NCBI GenBank assembly: GCA_027494035.1
Contig: JAOSJQ010000001.1
Span: 3,182,131 to 3,246,130 of the forward strand
Direction: 5' to 3'
From: Anaerolineales bacterium
GTDB taxonomy: Bacteria > Chloroflexota > Anaerolineae > Anaerolineales > UBA4823
Length of the DNA stretch: 64,000 bases
In this document: piece after piece, positions 1-12,165 of the stretch
Position numbering within the stretch: the first letter of the stretch is position 1
Layout of the letters: each line of letters starts with the position of its first letter
The notes under the pieces: generated by a model
The model's input: only the letters and a program-made list of their open reading frames with translations
Told to the model about the DNA's origin: nothing
The model's database searches: none
Position numbers and translations under genes: made by a program

Positions 1-983
1 CTCTTGGGCTTCCTGGCGTTCGGAAGCGCAGAATTCTCGTTCCGCCCAGTCCAGGTTTCCGGCAGCCATCTGCGCCATCGAGGTCTTGTAAAAAACCCCT
101 GGCACCGTGTGGCACATCAGGCTGTAGATTCGTTCCGGATCCAGATTCACCTCGGCTGAAAGCACGACATGAACGCCTGCCGTAGCGATATTGCTGCAGG
201 CTTCTCCAACGTTGTAGGCGCCGGCTCCCAGCGTAGAACAAGCGCCGTCAAAAGCGCCGGAAGAGACCAGCGTCCCTTCTTTCAAACCGGTCAGTTCTGC
301 CGCTTGCCGGGTGACCTTGCCCGCAAATTCCCACGCGGCACCAGTTTTGGCAATAAATGTTTATAGGCGCCAATTCCAGTTAGCGATAACAACTCATCGG
401 AATAATCCAATGTTTTAAAATCGATTAAGGCGATAGATGCCATCGATGGATCTGTGCTAAATTCCCCCGTCAGACAGTATTTTGTCCAATCCTTCGAAGT
501 CAGGTTTACATAGGCTCGCTTCAAACTCTCCGGTTCGTGATCTAAAAGCCACGGGAAGATCGTCACCGGACCTATGCCGGCAAAAAGATTCCAACCGGAA
601 AGGTCATAAAGGCGGGGGAGCAAACCTTGTTCACCCCAGCGATCCAGATGGGGTTTGGCGCGCCCATCCAGCCAGATGATCGCTGGACGCACTGGGTTGC
701 CTTTTCGATCCAGCAGCCATACGCCGCCCCCATGACCACTGAGTGAAACGCCAGCGATGTCCGACGCGTTTACGGCAGCGCGTTCCAGACAGTTGCGGAT
801 CGCAGAAGCAGTCGCTTGCCATATCTCTTCCATGCTCTGTTCAGCCCAGCCAGGCTCTGGATGAGTGGTCTTAACGTCACGACCGCTTGAAACCGCGATT
901 TCATTTCCGTCCAGGTCGAACAAGGTTGCTTTTGTGGTGGTTGTGCCGTTATCAATACCCAGGAGAAATGTTTTTGTCATCAT
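1..983 (-). CDS. FGGY-family carbohydrate kinase (xylulokinase/L-xylulose kinase-like); one frameshift near 336; runs off the left edge
   Basis: N-terminal LLGIDNGTTTTKA, HPEPGWAEQ and PAIIWLDGRA motifs. After ...PKLVP a shifted frame reads WEFAGKVTRQAAELTGLKEGTLVSSGAFDGACSTLGAG...GNLDW and stays open to base 1. Confidence 0.85.
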
Positions 984-1454
984 GGCCTCGTTTTAGTGAG
1001 TTTATCCAGACGATTTGCGAAACAGCCCATGAGTTGAAGACAACCCCCACGATCAATTTCTGCCAATAAACATATTCAGTTTTGAAAAATCAGGAGATAC
1101 TGGTAAGAAACGGCTTTTCGAATGTTCGTAAGTCCTTTTGTACGGACAATATGATATACACTAAATAAGTCAAAGATTCTGCCCTAACTATAGCAGGTTC
1201 CAACTGGCTTGTCAAGCAAACATCCACGCCTGTTGTTCCGAGTAATCCCAGCGAAACGATCGCCTGATGTGAAGATGAAGTCACCCAGCGAATCTAGATT
1301 GTTCGCGAAGAGCGTTCGTCAATTTGAGGTTCTCAATTCAAGGGGGATATTTAACCCGGGCGTTTCATGGCTCAGCGGCTTAATTGAAGTCAACCCGAAA
1401 TAAAATCAAGAAAGGGGGTAAAATGTATTCTTCGTCAAAAAAAGCCGAAATTCG

Positions 1455-3071
1455 ATGACTGAAAATAAAATCCCACAAAAAACCGAGCGTGGTCTGATCG
1501 AAAAGCTTCAGACGGTCTATCAAGAATATCCGGGGCAATTTTGGCTGGTGGTAGGGGCATCGTTCATTGACCGCCTCGGCGGAGCCATGCTTTTCCCGTT
1601 TTTCACACTCTACCTGACGCGCAAATTCGGGATCAGTATGACAACCGTAGGCCTCATCTTCGGACTGTTTTCCCTGTCTGGCGTGATCGGGACCGTCGTC
1701 GGCGGCGCGCTAACCGATCGGCTGGGACGCAAGCGCATGCTCCTCTTCGGTTTGGTGTTCAGCGCCCTGACCAGCGTGCTGATGGGCGTTATCTCAGAAC
1801 TGCCGCTTTTTCTTCTGGCAACCCTGCTGGTTGGGCTGCTCGCAGATGCGGCTGGACCAGCCCAGCAAGCGCTTGTAGCCGACCTGCTCCCTGAGGATAA
1901 ACGCACTTCGGGATTTGGCATTCTGCGGGTTATCTTCAACCTGGCTGTTGTAATCGGTCCGCTAATTGGCGGGTTACTAGCTACCCAGTCCTACTTGCTG
2001 CTGTTTGTTGCCGATGCAATTACCAGTTTAATTACCGCAGTAATTGTATTCATGGTCCTGCAAGAAACCTGGTATCCAAAGCTCGAAGAAGGCGAGCCCC
2101 CCGAATCGATTGGGCAAACATTCCGCGCTTATCTTAATGTAATCCAAGACCATGCCTTCGCCTGGTTTTTAATTGCTTCGGTTCTGATGGCGCTGGTCTA
2201 CATCCAAATGAACACGACTTTGGCAGTTTATCTGCGCGATGTACATGGAGTAAATGAGCGTGGGTTTAGCTATATCCTGAGTTTGAATGCGGCAATGGTG
2301 GTGCTTTTTCAGTTTCCGATCACCCGCCGGATAGAGAAATATCGACCTCTACTGGTAATAACCGCGGGAACGCTGCTCTACGCGGTAGGGTTTGCCATGT
2401 ATGGTTTTTTTTCGACCTTTTCTCTGTTCCTGGCAGCAATGGTGATTATTACTATCGGCGAGATGCTCGTCAGTCCGGTCAGTCAGGCGATTGCCGCGCG
2501 GCTCGCGCCCGAGAACATGCGCGGCCGCTATATGGCAGTTTTTGAATTTAGCTGGATGATCCCATTTATGGTTGGTCCACTGCTGGCGGGGTTAATCTTC
2601 GATAACCTCAAACCTGAAATGCTTTGGTATGTCTCTGGTATTCTGGGGCTGGCTGCTGCGGGCGGATATTACTTGCTCGAATTGCGCGTTCGTTCGGCGC
2701 GCTACGATTATGTAGAAGAGCGCATCAAGATTCTTGAGCAGCTAGAAGAAGGTCAGATCACCGCGGATACCGCCAACACGCTGCTTGAAAATGTCAGTCA
2801 GGGGACTTGGGCACGCTTAGCGCCGGAGGAGGCGTTGCCAGCTCCCCGCAAGATGCGCATCCAGGTGAACGATTCGGCCTCAGGGCTGATAAAAGTTGAC
2901 CTGCGGCTGCCCGTAGGTCTAATCAACACCGTGCTTGATATCGGCGGTAATTTCTCGCCCGATCTGGACGAGGTTGAATCAGCTCATTTGCGAGAATTGC
3001 TCGCTCTGGCAAGTGAAGGCAACCACCATACAACCTCAGAAGATCACGGGATGGAAATTACCCTGGAATAA
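1455..3071 (+). CDS. MFS transporter with a C-terminal SHOCT-like soluble extension
   Basis: About 12 hydrophobic helices, MFS motif A (GALTDRLGRK), APENMRGRY in the C-half; extra ~125-aa tail ERIKILEQLEEGQITADTANTLLE...MRIQVND...KVDLRLPVGL. Confidence 0.85.
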   Translation: MTENKIPQKTERGLIEKLQTVYQEYPGQFWLVVGASFIDRLGGAMLFPFFTLYLTRKFGISMTTVGLIFGLFSLSGVIGTVVGGALTDRLGRKRMLLFGLVFSALTSVLMGVISELPLFLLATLLVGLLADAAGPAQQALVADLLPEDKRTSGFGILRVIFNLAVVIGPLIGGLLATQSYLLLFVADAITSLITAVIVFMVLQETWYPKLEEGEPPESIGQTFRAYLNVIQDHAFAWFLIASVLMALVYIQMNTTLAVYLRDVHGVNERGFSYILSLNAAMVVLFQFPITRRIEKYRPLLVITAGTLLYAVGFAMYGFFSTFSLFLAAMVIITIGEMLVSPVSQAIAARLAPENMRGRYMAVFEFSWMIPFMVGPLLAGLIFDNLKPEMLWYVSGILGLAAAGGYYLLELRVRSARYDYVEERIKILEQLEEGQITADTANTLLENVSQGTWARLAPEEALPAPRKMRIQVNDSASGLIKVDLRLPVGLINTVLDIGGNFSPDLDEVESAHLRELLALASEGNHHTTSEDHGMEITLE

Positions 3072-3088
3072 CAATTTTCACGCGTTCC

Positions 3089-3117
3089 TTGCGAAGCCAA
3101 TATTTATCGAGTATAAT
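3089..3117 (+). promoter_or_regulatory. sigma70-type promoter of tRNA-Val
   Basis: TTGCGA (3089-3094), 17-bp spacer, TATAAT (3112-3117), 15 nt upstream of the tRNA. Confidence 0.7.
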
Positions 3118-3132
3118 GCCGCGTACTCGAAA

Positions 3133-3207
<75 letters not shown>

Positions 3208-3212
3208 CAACT

Positions 3213-3246
3213 ACCCCTGGCACTAGAGCCGGGGGTGTTTGTTTTA
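3213..3246 (+). terminator. Intrinsic terminator after tRNA-Val
   Basis: ACCCCTGGC-ACTAGA-GCCGGGGGT hairpin followed by GTTTGTTTT. Confidence 0.75.
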
Positions 3247-3326
3247 TGAGCCTCAATTCAAGTGGAAGCAGGGTATAATTTCTTCACCGGCTAAGCATTT
3301 TGATGATGTTGCTGAGTAAAATTTCA

Positions 3327-4313
3327 ATGACTACAGAACCCCTTCCCGACCTTGCTCCACTCAGCCCCGAACAAATTGAACGTCTCACCGAGAACCAGAA
3401 AGAGATCTTCGTCAATCTCGATGAGAAGGACCGCGAATTCTTTTCCGCGCACTTTTCGCCCGAAACGCTCGGTAAAGCGCTGGAAAGAAAGTGGGAAACA
3501 ATTCAGTCCCAGTCACGCGTACAGGAATTTGACAAACACCTGAAAGAAAAACTGACCACAAACGCATCTCGGACAAGCTCGCAAGCCGCAATTTCGGGCA
3601 GCGATCTCGCAGTAAGCGCCGCAGGTGTGGCTGGCGCGGTGGGCATCGGCGTTTTGGCAAGCCAGATCGCGCCTGCAGGAAAAGCCTCTTGGCGCGGCGT
3701 TTCGCCACATGATCTGCTTGAACCGCTTTACAGGGCTTTTGCCCAGGGGGAGAAAACTGATCTGAAATTTCAGCCGCCCACCGAGGCGGGCGTATTGCAT
3801 GGGGCAATTTACGTCAGAACCCAACAGGGTCTGATCCCGGGTCTTGCCATCTCGCTTACCCCTATCGGCGATTCTACCGAAGTATATATCAGTAAGGTTT
3901 CAAGCGAATCGATCATCGATGCCATCAAGAACGGCAGCCAAAAACTGTTCGATCTGATTCGCGACGGGCTTATTCTCAGCGCCCGTAAAGGTGGACTTGA
4001 AAACTTAATTGCCCTGGCTGCCAGCATCGTGAGCAATGGCGTCGATATCGCCAGGATTGTCAAGGATCTCGATCTTGAGGACAAAGCCTGGGAGACCATA
4101 AAACTTGCCGCTGATCCGCTCCAGAGAATCTATGATGAGCGTAAAGCCATCGAAAATGCTAACCGCCTCAAGCTCGAACAGGCTTGGGACGATTATTATA
4201 ACTGCCCGAAATGCGGGGTCTCATTTGGCGCCGATGACAAGGAATGTCGGGTGTGTGGAACCGCCCGACCCGAAAAACTCGCGATTCCCGACCCGCGCCT
4301 GCCCCAGGCATAA
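3327..4313 (+). CDS. Hypothetical protein with a C-terminal zinc ribbon
   Basis: Long ORF with one Gly/Ala hydrophobic segment and CPKCG-x9-CRVCG at the C-terminus; start uncertain (3300-3327). Confidence 0.65.
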   Translation: MTTEPLPDLAPLSPEQIERLTENQKEIFVNLDEKDREFFSAHFSPETLGKALERKWETIQSQSRVQEFDKHLKEKLTTNASRTSSQAAISGSDLAVSAAGVAGAVGIGVLASQIAPAGKASWRGVSPHDLLEPLYRAFAQGEKTDLKFQPPTEAGVLHGAIYVRTQQGLIPGLAISLTPIGDSTEVYISKVSSESIIDAIKNGSQKLFDLIRDGLILSARKGGLENLIALAASIVSNGVDIARIVKDLDLEDKAWETIKLAADPLQRIYDERKAIENANRLKLEQAWDDYYNCPKCGVSFGADDKECRVCGTARPEKLAIPDPRLPQA

Positions 4314-4414
4314 ACCTGAGACGCCCGAATCAGCTATTTAGTTAAGAAGCTGTCCGAAGCATCGCCTGGCGCTTTGGTTGCCAGGATTGATTCCCGCGAA
4401 TGTGAGATTTAGAA

Positions 4415-5287
4415 ATGAAGATTACAGAAGATTTGCATTCTGAGATGCTGAAATTTCAAAAAAATGAAATCTCCGAACATCATGTTTATGCACAATTGGC
4501 GGAGGAGACAAGATCAGAAGCAAACCGTCAAGTGCTCCTGAAGATCGCTGAGGATGAGCTTCGCCACTATAATGAATGGAAAAAACACACTCAGCAAGAT
4601 GTAAAACCTGACCGGTGGACAATTCTAAAACATGTTTGGATGAGCCGGGTTTTGGGATTGACTTTTAGCATTCAATTGATGGAGCGCGGAGAGGAAAGCG
4701 CCCAAGACAGGTATGGGCGCTTGAAATCGCAAATCGCTGATATCGAGCGAATGATCGAAGACGAACATACTCATGAATTTGCCTTAATCCAGATGATCAA
4801 AGAAGAACCGCTTGAATATGTCAGTTCGGTCGTGTTGGGGTTAAATGACGCCCTGGTCGAACTCACGGGCGCTCTGGCAGGTTTTACGCTGGCGCTCCAG
4901 AACACCCGGCTGATTGCATTAAGCGGCGCGATAACCGGAGTTGCGGCAGCTCTTTCAATGGCGGCTTCGGAATACCTGTCGACCCGCTCAGAAGAAAGCC
5001 ACAAAGATCCTGTAAAAGCAGCTTTCTATACGGGCATCGCCTACATCCTGACCGTGATTGTGTTGATCCTGCCTTATCTGTTGATCTCAAATTACTATCT
5101 GGCGCTTGTGGCTACGCTAATTTTCGCGATCATCATTATCGCCTTTTTTAACTACTACATCTCCGTAGTAAAAAATGAACCCTTCAGAAAGCGCTTTCTT
5201 GAAATGGCGGGGATCAGCCTGGGCGTCGCAGGGTTGAGTTTTATTATTGGATACCTGTTCAAATTAATTATCGGGGTAGATCTATAG
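4415..5287 (+). CDS. Ferritin-like/rubrerythrin domain fused to a VIT1/CCC1 transporter (MbfA-like)
   Basis: Di-iron ExxH motifs (EDELRH, EDEHTH), then VLGLNDALVELTG and ALSMAASEYLS VIT1 signatures with TM helices. Confidence 0.88.
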   Translation: MKITEDLHSEMLKFQKNEISEHHVYAQLAEETRSEANRQVLLKIAEDELRHYNEWKKHTQQDVKPDRWTILKHVWMSRVLGLTFSIQLMERGEESAQDRYGRLKSQIADIERMIEDEHTHEFALIQMIKEEPLEYVSSVVLGLNDALVELTGALAGFTLALQNTRLIALSGAITGVAAALSMAASEYLSTRSEESHKDPVKAAFYTGIAYILTVIVLILPYLLISNYYLALVATLIFAIIIIAFFNYYISVVKNEPFRKRFLEMAGISLGVAGLSFIIGYLFKLIIGVDL

Positions 5288-5408
5288 CAAAGCCTGTTTG
5301 CCGCTGTAGGCAGCCTCAGAGATTGTGAGATAAACGCAATCCGACGACCAAAAGCGATCCGCTGTAATCTTGCGATTACGGCGGATCGTTCTTTTTTCAC
5401 AGATAACA

Positions 5409-5424
5409 TGTGAATTAATTCACA
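5409..5424. promoter_or_regulatory. Perfect palindrome TGTGAATTAATTCACA, candidate Rex or CRP/FNR-family operator
   Basis: 16-bp perfect inverted repeat ~110 bp upstream of the acyl-CoA ligase gene; fits both TGTGAA-N4-TTCACA and TGTGA-N6-TCACA. Confidence 0.6.
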
Positions 5425-5532
5425 GCAAATGGTAACATTTGTTATCGTTTCAGCCTTCGTGCTTTCGATTAGAATTGAAATTCGGATAGAAACACTATAA
5501 GCTTAAGATAAATCATATTTTCATAAGGAAAC

Positions 5533-8298
5533 ATGATGACTTATCAGACGGGACTTCCAATTTTCGACCCTGTGCATGACGTGTTGTCGTATGCTCAAAA
5601 TCCACTGTCCATGATTTTTGCCCCTAAGAATGTGGCGCTCATCGGAGCCACGGAGACAGTGGGAAGCGTGGGCCGCACCCTCATGTGGAACCTGGTCAGC
5701 AATCCTTTCGGCGGGGCAGTGTTCCCCATCAACCCGAAACGCGCCAGCGTATTGGGCGTCAAGGCATACCCTAATCTTGCGGCAGTGCCCGAACAGGTAG
5801 AATTGGCGGTCATCGTAACCCCAGCCTCCACCATTCCGGGGATAATCTCAGAGTGCGTTGATGCCAACGTCAAGGGAGCAATCGTCATTTCAGCCGGTTT
5901 TAAAGAAACCGGTCCGGCGGGAGCCGAGTTGGAACGTCAGGTGATGGAGCACGCCCGACGCGGCGGCATGCGAATCATTGGACCCAACTGTCTGGGCGTG
6001 ATGAGCCCAACCAGCGGTTTGAATGCTACCTTCGCCGCGGCAATGGCAAAACCGGGAAAAGTGGGTTTTATCAGTCAGAGCGGCGCCCTATGTACGGCGG
6101 TGCTGGACTGGAGTTTGTCAGCCAATGTGGGATTCAGCCATTTCGTATCCATCGGCTCTATGCTGGATGTGGGCTGGGGCGATCTGATCTATTTCCTCGG
6201 CGACGATCCAAACACGGAGAGCATTGTCATCTACATGGAAACTATCGGAAACGCACGCGCATTTCTCTCCGCGGCGCGTCAGGTTGCAAACACTAAACCG
6301 ATTATTGTAATCAAGCCTGGGAGGACCGAGGGCGCCGCCAGAGCTGCAGCTTCGCACACTGGCTCACTGACCGGAAGCGATGAAGTATTGGAAATGGCTT
6401 TTCGCCGTGCCGGCGTTTTACGAGTTAATGGGATTGCGGAGCTCTTTTACATGGCGGATTTGTTCTCCAAACAGCCGCGCCCACAGGGCAACCGCCTGAC
6501 CATCCTGACGAATGCTGGAGGCCCAGGGGTACTTGCAACAGACGCCTTGATCACTGAAGGTGGGCAGCTTACTCCGTTATCGCAAGAGACGATGCAGGAA
6601 TTCGATCAACTTCTACCCCCAGCCTGGAGCCATAATAACCCGGTCGATATCCTGGGCGACGCCAGCCCGGAACGCTATGCTAGAGCGCTGGAAATCGCGG
6701 CGCAAGACGAGAACTCCGATGGGTTGTTGGTCATCCTAACCCCCCAAGATATGACGGACCCAACCCAAACTGCTGAAGAGCTCGTTAAATCTACCAAGAA
6801 CCTGGATAAACCAGTCCTGGCGAGTTGGATGGGCGGCGCGGGGGTGGAGCAAGGTCAATTGGTGCTCGCACAAGCGAATATTCCATCCTTCCCGTACCCA
6901 GATACCGCAGCCCGCATGTTCGACTATATGGCGAATTATTCCGCAATCCTCAACCGGCTCTACGAAACCCCTACCCTGGCGACAAATGGCTCGAACCAGA
7001 GAACGGACTCGAAGTTGGCAGATCAAATTATCGAAAATGCGCGCCGGGAAGGGCGCACGATCCTAAGCGAGTTTGAATCAAAGCAGCTTCTTTCAATCTA
7101 TCACATTCCTACCGTTGAGACAATTATTGCCTCTACCGAAGAAGAGGCGGTGCGCGCTGCAGAGAAGATCGGGTACCCAGTGGTGTTAAAGTTGCATTCA
7201 GAGACGATCACCCACAAAACGGACGTCGGCGGGGTGCAGCTTAACCTTCGGGATGCTGATTCTGTGCGTAAGGCATTTCAGCGAATCCAATTTACGCTTG
7301 AAGAGAAAGTTGGACGGCAAGACGAAAGCGGGAAGCAACATTTCCTCGGCGTTACCGTTCAACCGATGATCGACCTGGAAGGTTATGAACTCATCGTTGG
7401 CAGCAGCATCGATCCACAGTTTGGACCAGTCCTCTTGTTTGGTTTGGGTGGGCAGCTTGTTGAGGTTTTCAAAGACAGCGCGCTAGGTCTGCCGCCCTTG
7501 AACAGCACTCTTGCCCGCAGAATGATGGAGCGAACCCGAGTTTATAAGGCGCTGAAAGGTGTGCGCGGCCGCAAACCCGTTGATCTCACCGAATTAGAGC
7601 AAATTCTGGTGCGGTTCAGCACGCTGATCTCTGAACAGATCTGGATCAAAGAGCTCGATATCAATCCTCTCCTCGCTTCGCCGGATCGCATCCTCGCCCT
7701 TGATGCCCGGATCGTGGTCTATGACGATAAGATGCGGGAGGAGAAGTTGCCTCAACTGGCTATCCGACCGTACCCAACCCAATACGTAAAGCAATGGACT
7801 GGAAGAGGCGGGCAAGAATTCATCATTCGCCCGATTCGCGCTGAAGATGAACCTGCCATGGTCGGTTTCCACGAATCCCTGTCCGATCGCAGTGTATATT
7901 TGCGCTATATGCAGCCCATCCGTTTAAGCGACCGAGCCAAGCATGACCGGCTCTCGCGCATCTGTCATAGTGACTATAATAATGAAATCCTTCTGGTTGT
8001 CGAGGATCCACATGCGGGGCTCAATGGACTATCGATCGTCGCGGTAGCGCGCCTGACCCGCCTGCATGGGTCGAATGCCGCTGCTTTTAGCCTGCTCACC
8101 AGCGACTGTTGTCAGAACCAGGGGATTGGCATAGAACTGATGAACCAGTTGATTGATGTCGCCAAACAAGAAAAATTTGATAGATTAGAATGCCTGATGA
8201 CACACGACAATCAGGTTATGCAGCACATGGTGAAAAAATTTGGATTTACCCTTTCTGAAGCAGAAAACGATCTGGTGCGCGCCGACCTGATCCTATAA
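5533..8298 (+). CDS. Acetate--CoA ligase (ADP-forming) family protein with a C-terminal GNAT domain (Pat/YfiQ-type protein lysine acetyltransferase)
   Basis: CoA-binding domain, [31 protein letters not shown]-grasp HKTDVGGV and ELDINPL; C-terminal GNAT (IRPIRAEDE...QNQGIG). Confidence 0.9.
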   Translation: MMTYQTGLPIFDPVHDVLSYAQNPLSMIFAPKNVALIGATETVGSVGRTLMWNLVSNPFGGAVFPINPKRASVLGVKAYPNLAAVPEQVELAVIVTPASTIPGIISECVDANVKGAIVISAGFKETGPAGAELERQVMEHARRGGMRIIGPNCLGVMSPTSGLNATFAAAMAKPGKVGFISQSGALCTAVLDWSLSANVGFSHFVSIGSMLDVGWGDLIYFLGDDPNTESIVIYMETIGNARAFLSAARQVANTKPIIVIKPGRTEGAARAAASHTGSLTGSDEVLEMAFRRAGVLRVNGIAELFYMADLFSKQPRPQGNRLTILTNAGGPGVLATDALITEGGQLTPLSQETMQEFDQLLPPAWSHNNPVDILGDASPERYARALEIAAQDENSDGLLVILTPQDMTDPTQTAEELVKSTKNLDKPVLASWMGGAGVEQGQLVLAQANIPSFPYPDTAARMFDYMANYSAILNRLYETPTLATNGSNQRTDSKLADQIIENARREGRTILSEFESKQLLSIYHIPTVETIIASTEEEAVRAAEKIGYPVVLKLHSETITHKTDVGGVQLNLRDADSVRKAFQRIQFTLEEKVGRQDESGKQHFLGVTVQPMIDLEGYELIVGSSIDPQFGPVLLFGLGGQLVEVFKDSALGLPPLNSTLARRMMERTRVYKALKGVRGRKPVDLTELEQILVRFSTLISEQIWIKELDINPLLASPDRILALDARIVVYDDKMREEKLPQLAIRPYPTQYVKQWTGRGGQEFIIRPIRAEDEPAMVGFHESLSDRSVYLRYMQPIRLSDRAKHDRLSRICHSDYNNEILLVVEDPHAGLNGLSIVAVARLTRLHGSNAAAFSLLTSDCCQNQGIGIELMNQLIDVAKQEKFDRLECLMTHDNQVMQHMVKKFGFTLSEAENDLVRADLIL

Positions 8299-8322
8299 AG
8301 ATCTTTTCAACGCGATCAACCT

Positions 8323-8356
8323 AAAAACGGCAGCGCAACAGCCGCCGTTTTTTTTT
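8323..8356 (+). terminator. Intrinsic terminator
   Basis: AAAAACGGC...GCCGTTTTTTTTT stem-loop with a T tract just after the stop at 8298. Confidence 0.85.
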
Positions 8357-8469
8357 GGTCAAAAGAGGATTGCGAAACCATATGAAAGACTTTATAATCG
8401 AATTCGTATATAATGAATTTTGCAGGCTTAACTGCGAAATTCAAAATAGGTCAATAGACTGGGGATGAA

Positions 8470-9951
8470 ATGAAACAAAAGAATTCTTGTGGCGTTACTG
8501 CACTGCTGGTTGTACTGGCTTTTGTTGTCGGTTTAATTCTCGGTCTGGTTGTTTTGGGGTGGGGGCTCTGGCCCGTAACCTGGACTGGTGCAAGCCCGCA
8601 GGCGTTGGATTCCGCAGCTCAGCAGGATTATCTCCGGGCAGCAATCGACTCTTACAATCTCAACCAAGACGCCTCTCTCGCTGCATCCCGCTATGAACAA
8701 CTGGGCAGTCATGGACCAGTTACGATCGCTGCAATCTACGCATCCCCTGCGCCCCTATCTAAACAAGCTGTTGAAAGTTTCGCTAATGCGGTCAACGCAA
8801 AAGACGCCTTAGGAGACGCGCCTCCCCAGATGCAGCCCTCTGTTCCGCCACAAGCTGCGCCATCCGCGCTGAGAAGCTGGATAACCGCCCAGCCCATCTG
8901 GCTGGCGCTTTGTCTGATAGGTCTGTTCATCCTGCTGATAGTCCTATTAGTCATCCGGTTGATCGCTCGTTCGCGTAAGAAGCGAACCGGCGCCCGGACT
9001 GCCCCACAAATTCTGGTTCAGGATACTACAGACGAGCCCGCTGCAACTGAACCGCCAGTTCAACCCGCCGAGGAGGTCGAACCGGCCTCCAAGACGCAGC
9101 CCACCCTCATTTCACAGGAGCCAGCAAGTCAACCTGAAATCGAGGAAATCGAACTGCCCGACTGGTTGCGCGCTTCAACTGAATCGGCGGCAGAAATATC
9201 CGCGCCGGTTCAACCAGAGTTCGTTGCGCGCGAGTTGAGCGACCAGGAAATTGAAGAAATTTCCGCGTCGAAATTCCCGTTCGAAGAAGAATCCGCATTG
9301 CCTTCCGAGCTTGCCATATTTGAAACAGAAACGCAGTTGCCAGCCGAACAACTTCGGTTTCCTTCAAAATCGAAACCCGAGGTTGGTGAGCCGTCGCAAT
9401 CACTTGCTCACGCCGTGGATGAAACGCCAGCAGCTTTCGATTCTTTGGAGGTCTCATCCGTTATAGAACCAGCCTCTGCCAGTCAGGCGGTCGAAGCTGA
9501 AGCTCGATCAATCGGCGAAGAAACCCCGGAAGAAACCTATCAAAAATTCAGCTCAGATCTGCAATCGCTCCCGGGGCTAGAGGCAGATGATATCGAAAGG
9601 CTGCGCGAGGCGGGCATCACCGCGCCACTACTGCTCTTGCGAAATGGCTCCACGGCGCAGGGTCGGACAAAATTAGCCGAACAAACGGGCATCGAAGAAT
9701 CAAAACTGCTAGAAGGTGTTTGTTTTGTGGATTTACTGCGGATCAAGGGGTTGTCGAAGCGCGACGCGCTTGCCCTGAAGAATGCCAATATTGACACGCT
9801 CGCCAAGCTGGCCTCCAGTGATGCGGATACGCTTTTCAACTTGCTACAGGAAGAGGCAGCGTCCCAGTCTTTTGAGGCAAGCCTGCCCAGCTTTGAAAGT
9901 CTCACGAACTGGATCTCACAGGCGAACCATTTGCCTAAGGTCGTTGTCTGA
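8470..9951 (+). CDS. Membrane protein with an acidic low-complexity linker and a C-terminal DUF4332-like (HhH) domain
   Basis: Two TM segments, Glu/Pro-rich middle, tail LPGL..LREAGI..LLLRNGST..GR..LA..TGI...DLLRIKGL. Confidence 0.7.
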   Translation: MKQKNSCGVTALLVVLAFVVGLILGLVVLGWGLWPVTWTGASPQALDSAAQQDYLRAAIDSYNLNQDASLAASRYEQLGSHGPVTIAAIYASPAPLSKQAVESFANAVNAKDALGDAPPQMQPSVPPQAAPSALRSWITAQPIWLALCLIGLFILLIVLLVIRLIARSRKKRTGARTAPQILVQDTTDEPAATEPPVQPAEEVEPASKTQPTLISQEPASQPEIEEIELPDWLRASTESAAEISAPVQPEFVARELSDQEIEEISASKFPFEEESALPSELAIFETETQLPAEQLRFPSKSKPEVGEPSQSLAHAVDETPAAFDSLEVSSVIEPASASQAVEAEARSIGEETPEETYQKFSSDLQSLPGLEADDIERLREAGITAPLLLLRNGSTAQGRTKLAEQTGIEESKLLEGVCFVDLLRIKGLSKRDALALKNANIDTLAKLASSDADTLFNLLQEEAASQSFEASLPSFESLTNWISQANHLPKVVV

Positions 9952-10005
9952 CAAACCCAGTATTTTCGAGGAAGAGCCGCGCCAAAGGCTTCTAAGGAGG
10001 AAGCA

Positions 10006-10386
10006 ATGAATTTCCGGTTTATTTTACTTCGCTGGATCATTACAACACTTGCAGTCCTGGCAACCGCCTGGATCATTCCCGGGATCACAATCGAGGGCAA
10101 CGGCTTCGTCGTCGCACTGGCTGCCGCTCTGATTCTTGGGTTGGTAAACGCAATCATCCGCCCGATCCTGATAATCCTCTCTTGCGGGTGTATTGCCCTC
10201 ACGCTTGGGCTTTTTATGCTGGTCGTCAACGCAGCGACGCTCTGGCTGGCAAGCTGGTTCAGCCAGCTATTTGGGATTGGTTTTTATGTGGATGGTTTCT
10301 TTCCAGCGTTGTATGGATCGATTGTCATCAGTTTGATTTCATGGCTGCTATCGACATTTCTGATCGGCGAAGACGAACGCGGTTGA
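10006..10386 (+). CDS. YvlD / 4-TMS phage-holin-family membrane protein
   Basis: AALILGLVNAIIRPIL and LTLGLFMLVVNA motifs; AAGGAGG RBS. Confidence 0.85.
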   Translation: MNFRFILLRWIITTLAVLATAWIIPGITIEGNGFVVALAAALILGLVNAIIRPILIILSCGCIALTLGLFMLVVNAATLWLASWFSQLFGIGFYVDGFFPALYGSIVISLISWLLSTFLIGEDERG

Positions 10387-10532
10387 CCTAATAATCAAAT
10401 TCTGAAACTGCTACTTGAAACAGCTTCGCCTGGGCTGATCGGATTATAGAATCGTCGCTGTTTAACCGTCGTTCATCCGAAACTAATCCGGGTTGATGGG
10501 TTTTGTATATTTAACGGTGAAAGGCTGAACGC

Positions 10533-12073
<1,541 letters not shown>

Positions 12074-12165
12074 ACGGGGCGACTGATTTCTCCTTTTCAT
12101 CCAATATATTTAGCAGGTATAATATCCCACTGCGGCTTTAAAAGCCTGCCCCGGGATGTTTCGCC

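Noticed and set aside
10006-10386. Holin-family gene as a sign of a prophage
   Set aside because: YvlD-type proteins are common chromosomal genes; no endolysin, integrase or structural phage genes nearby
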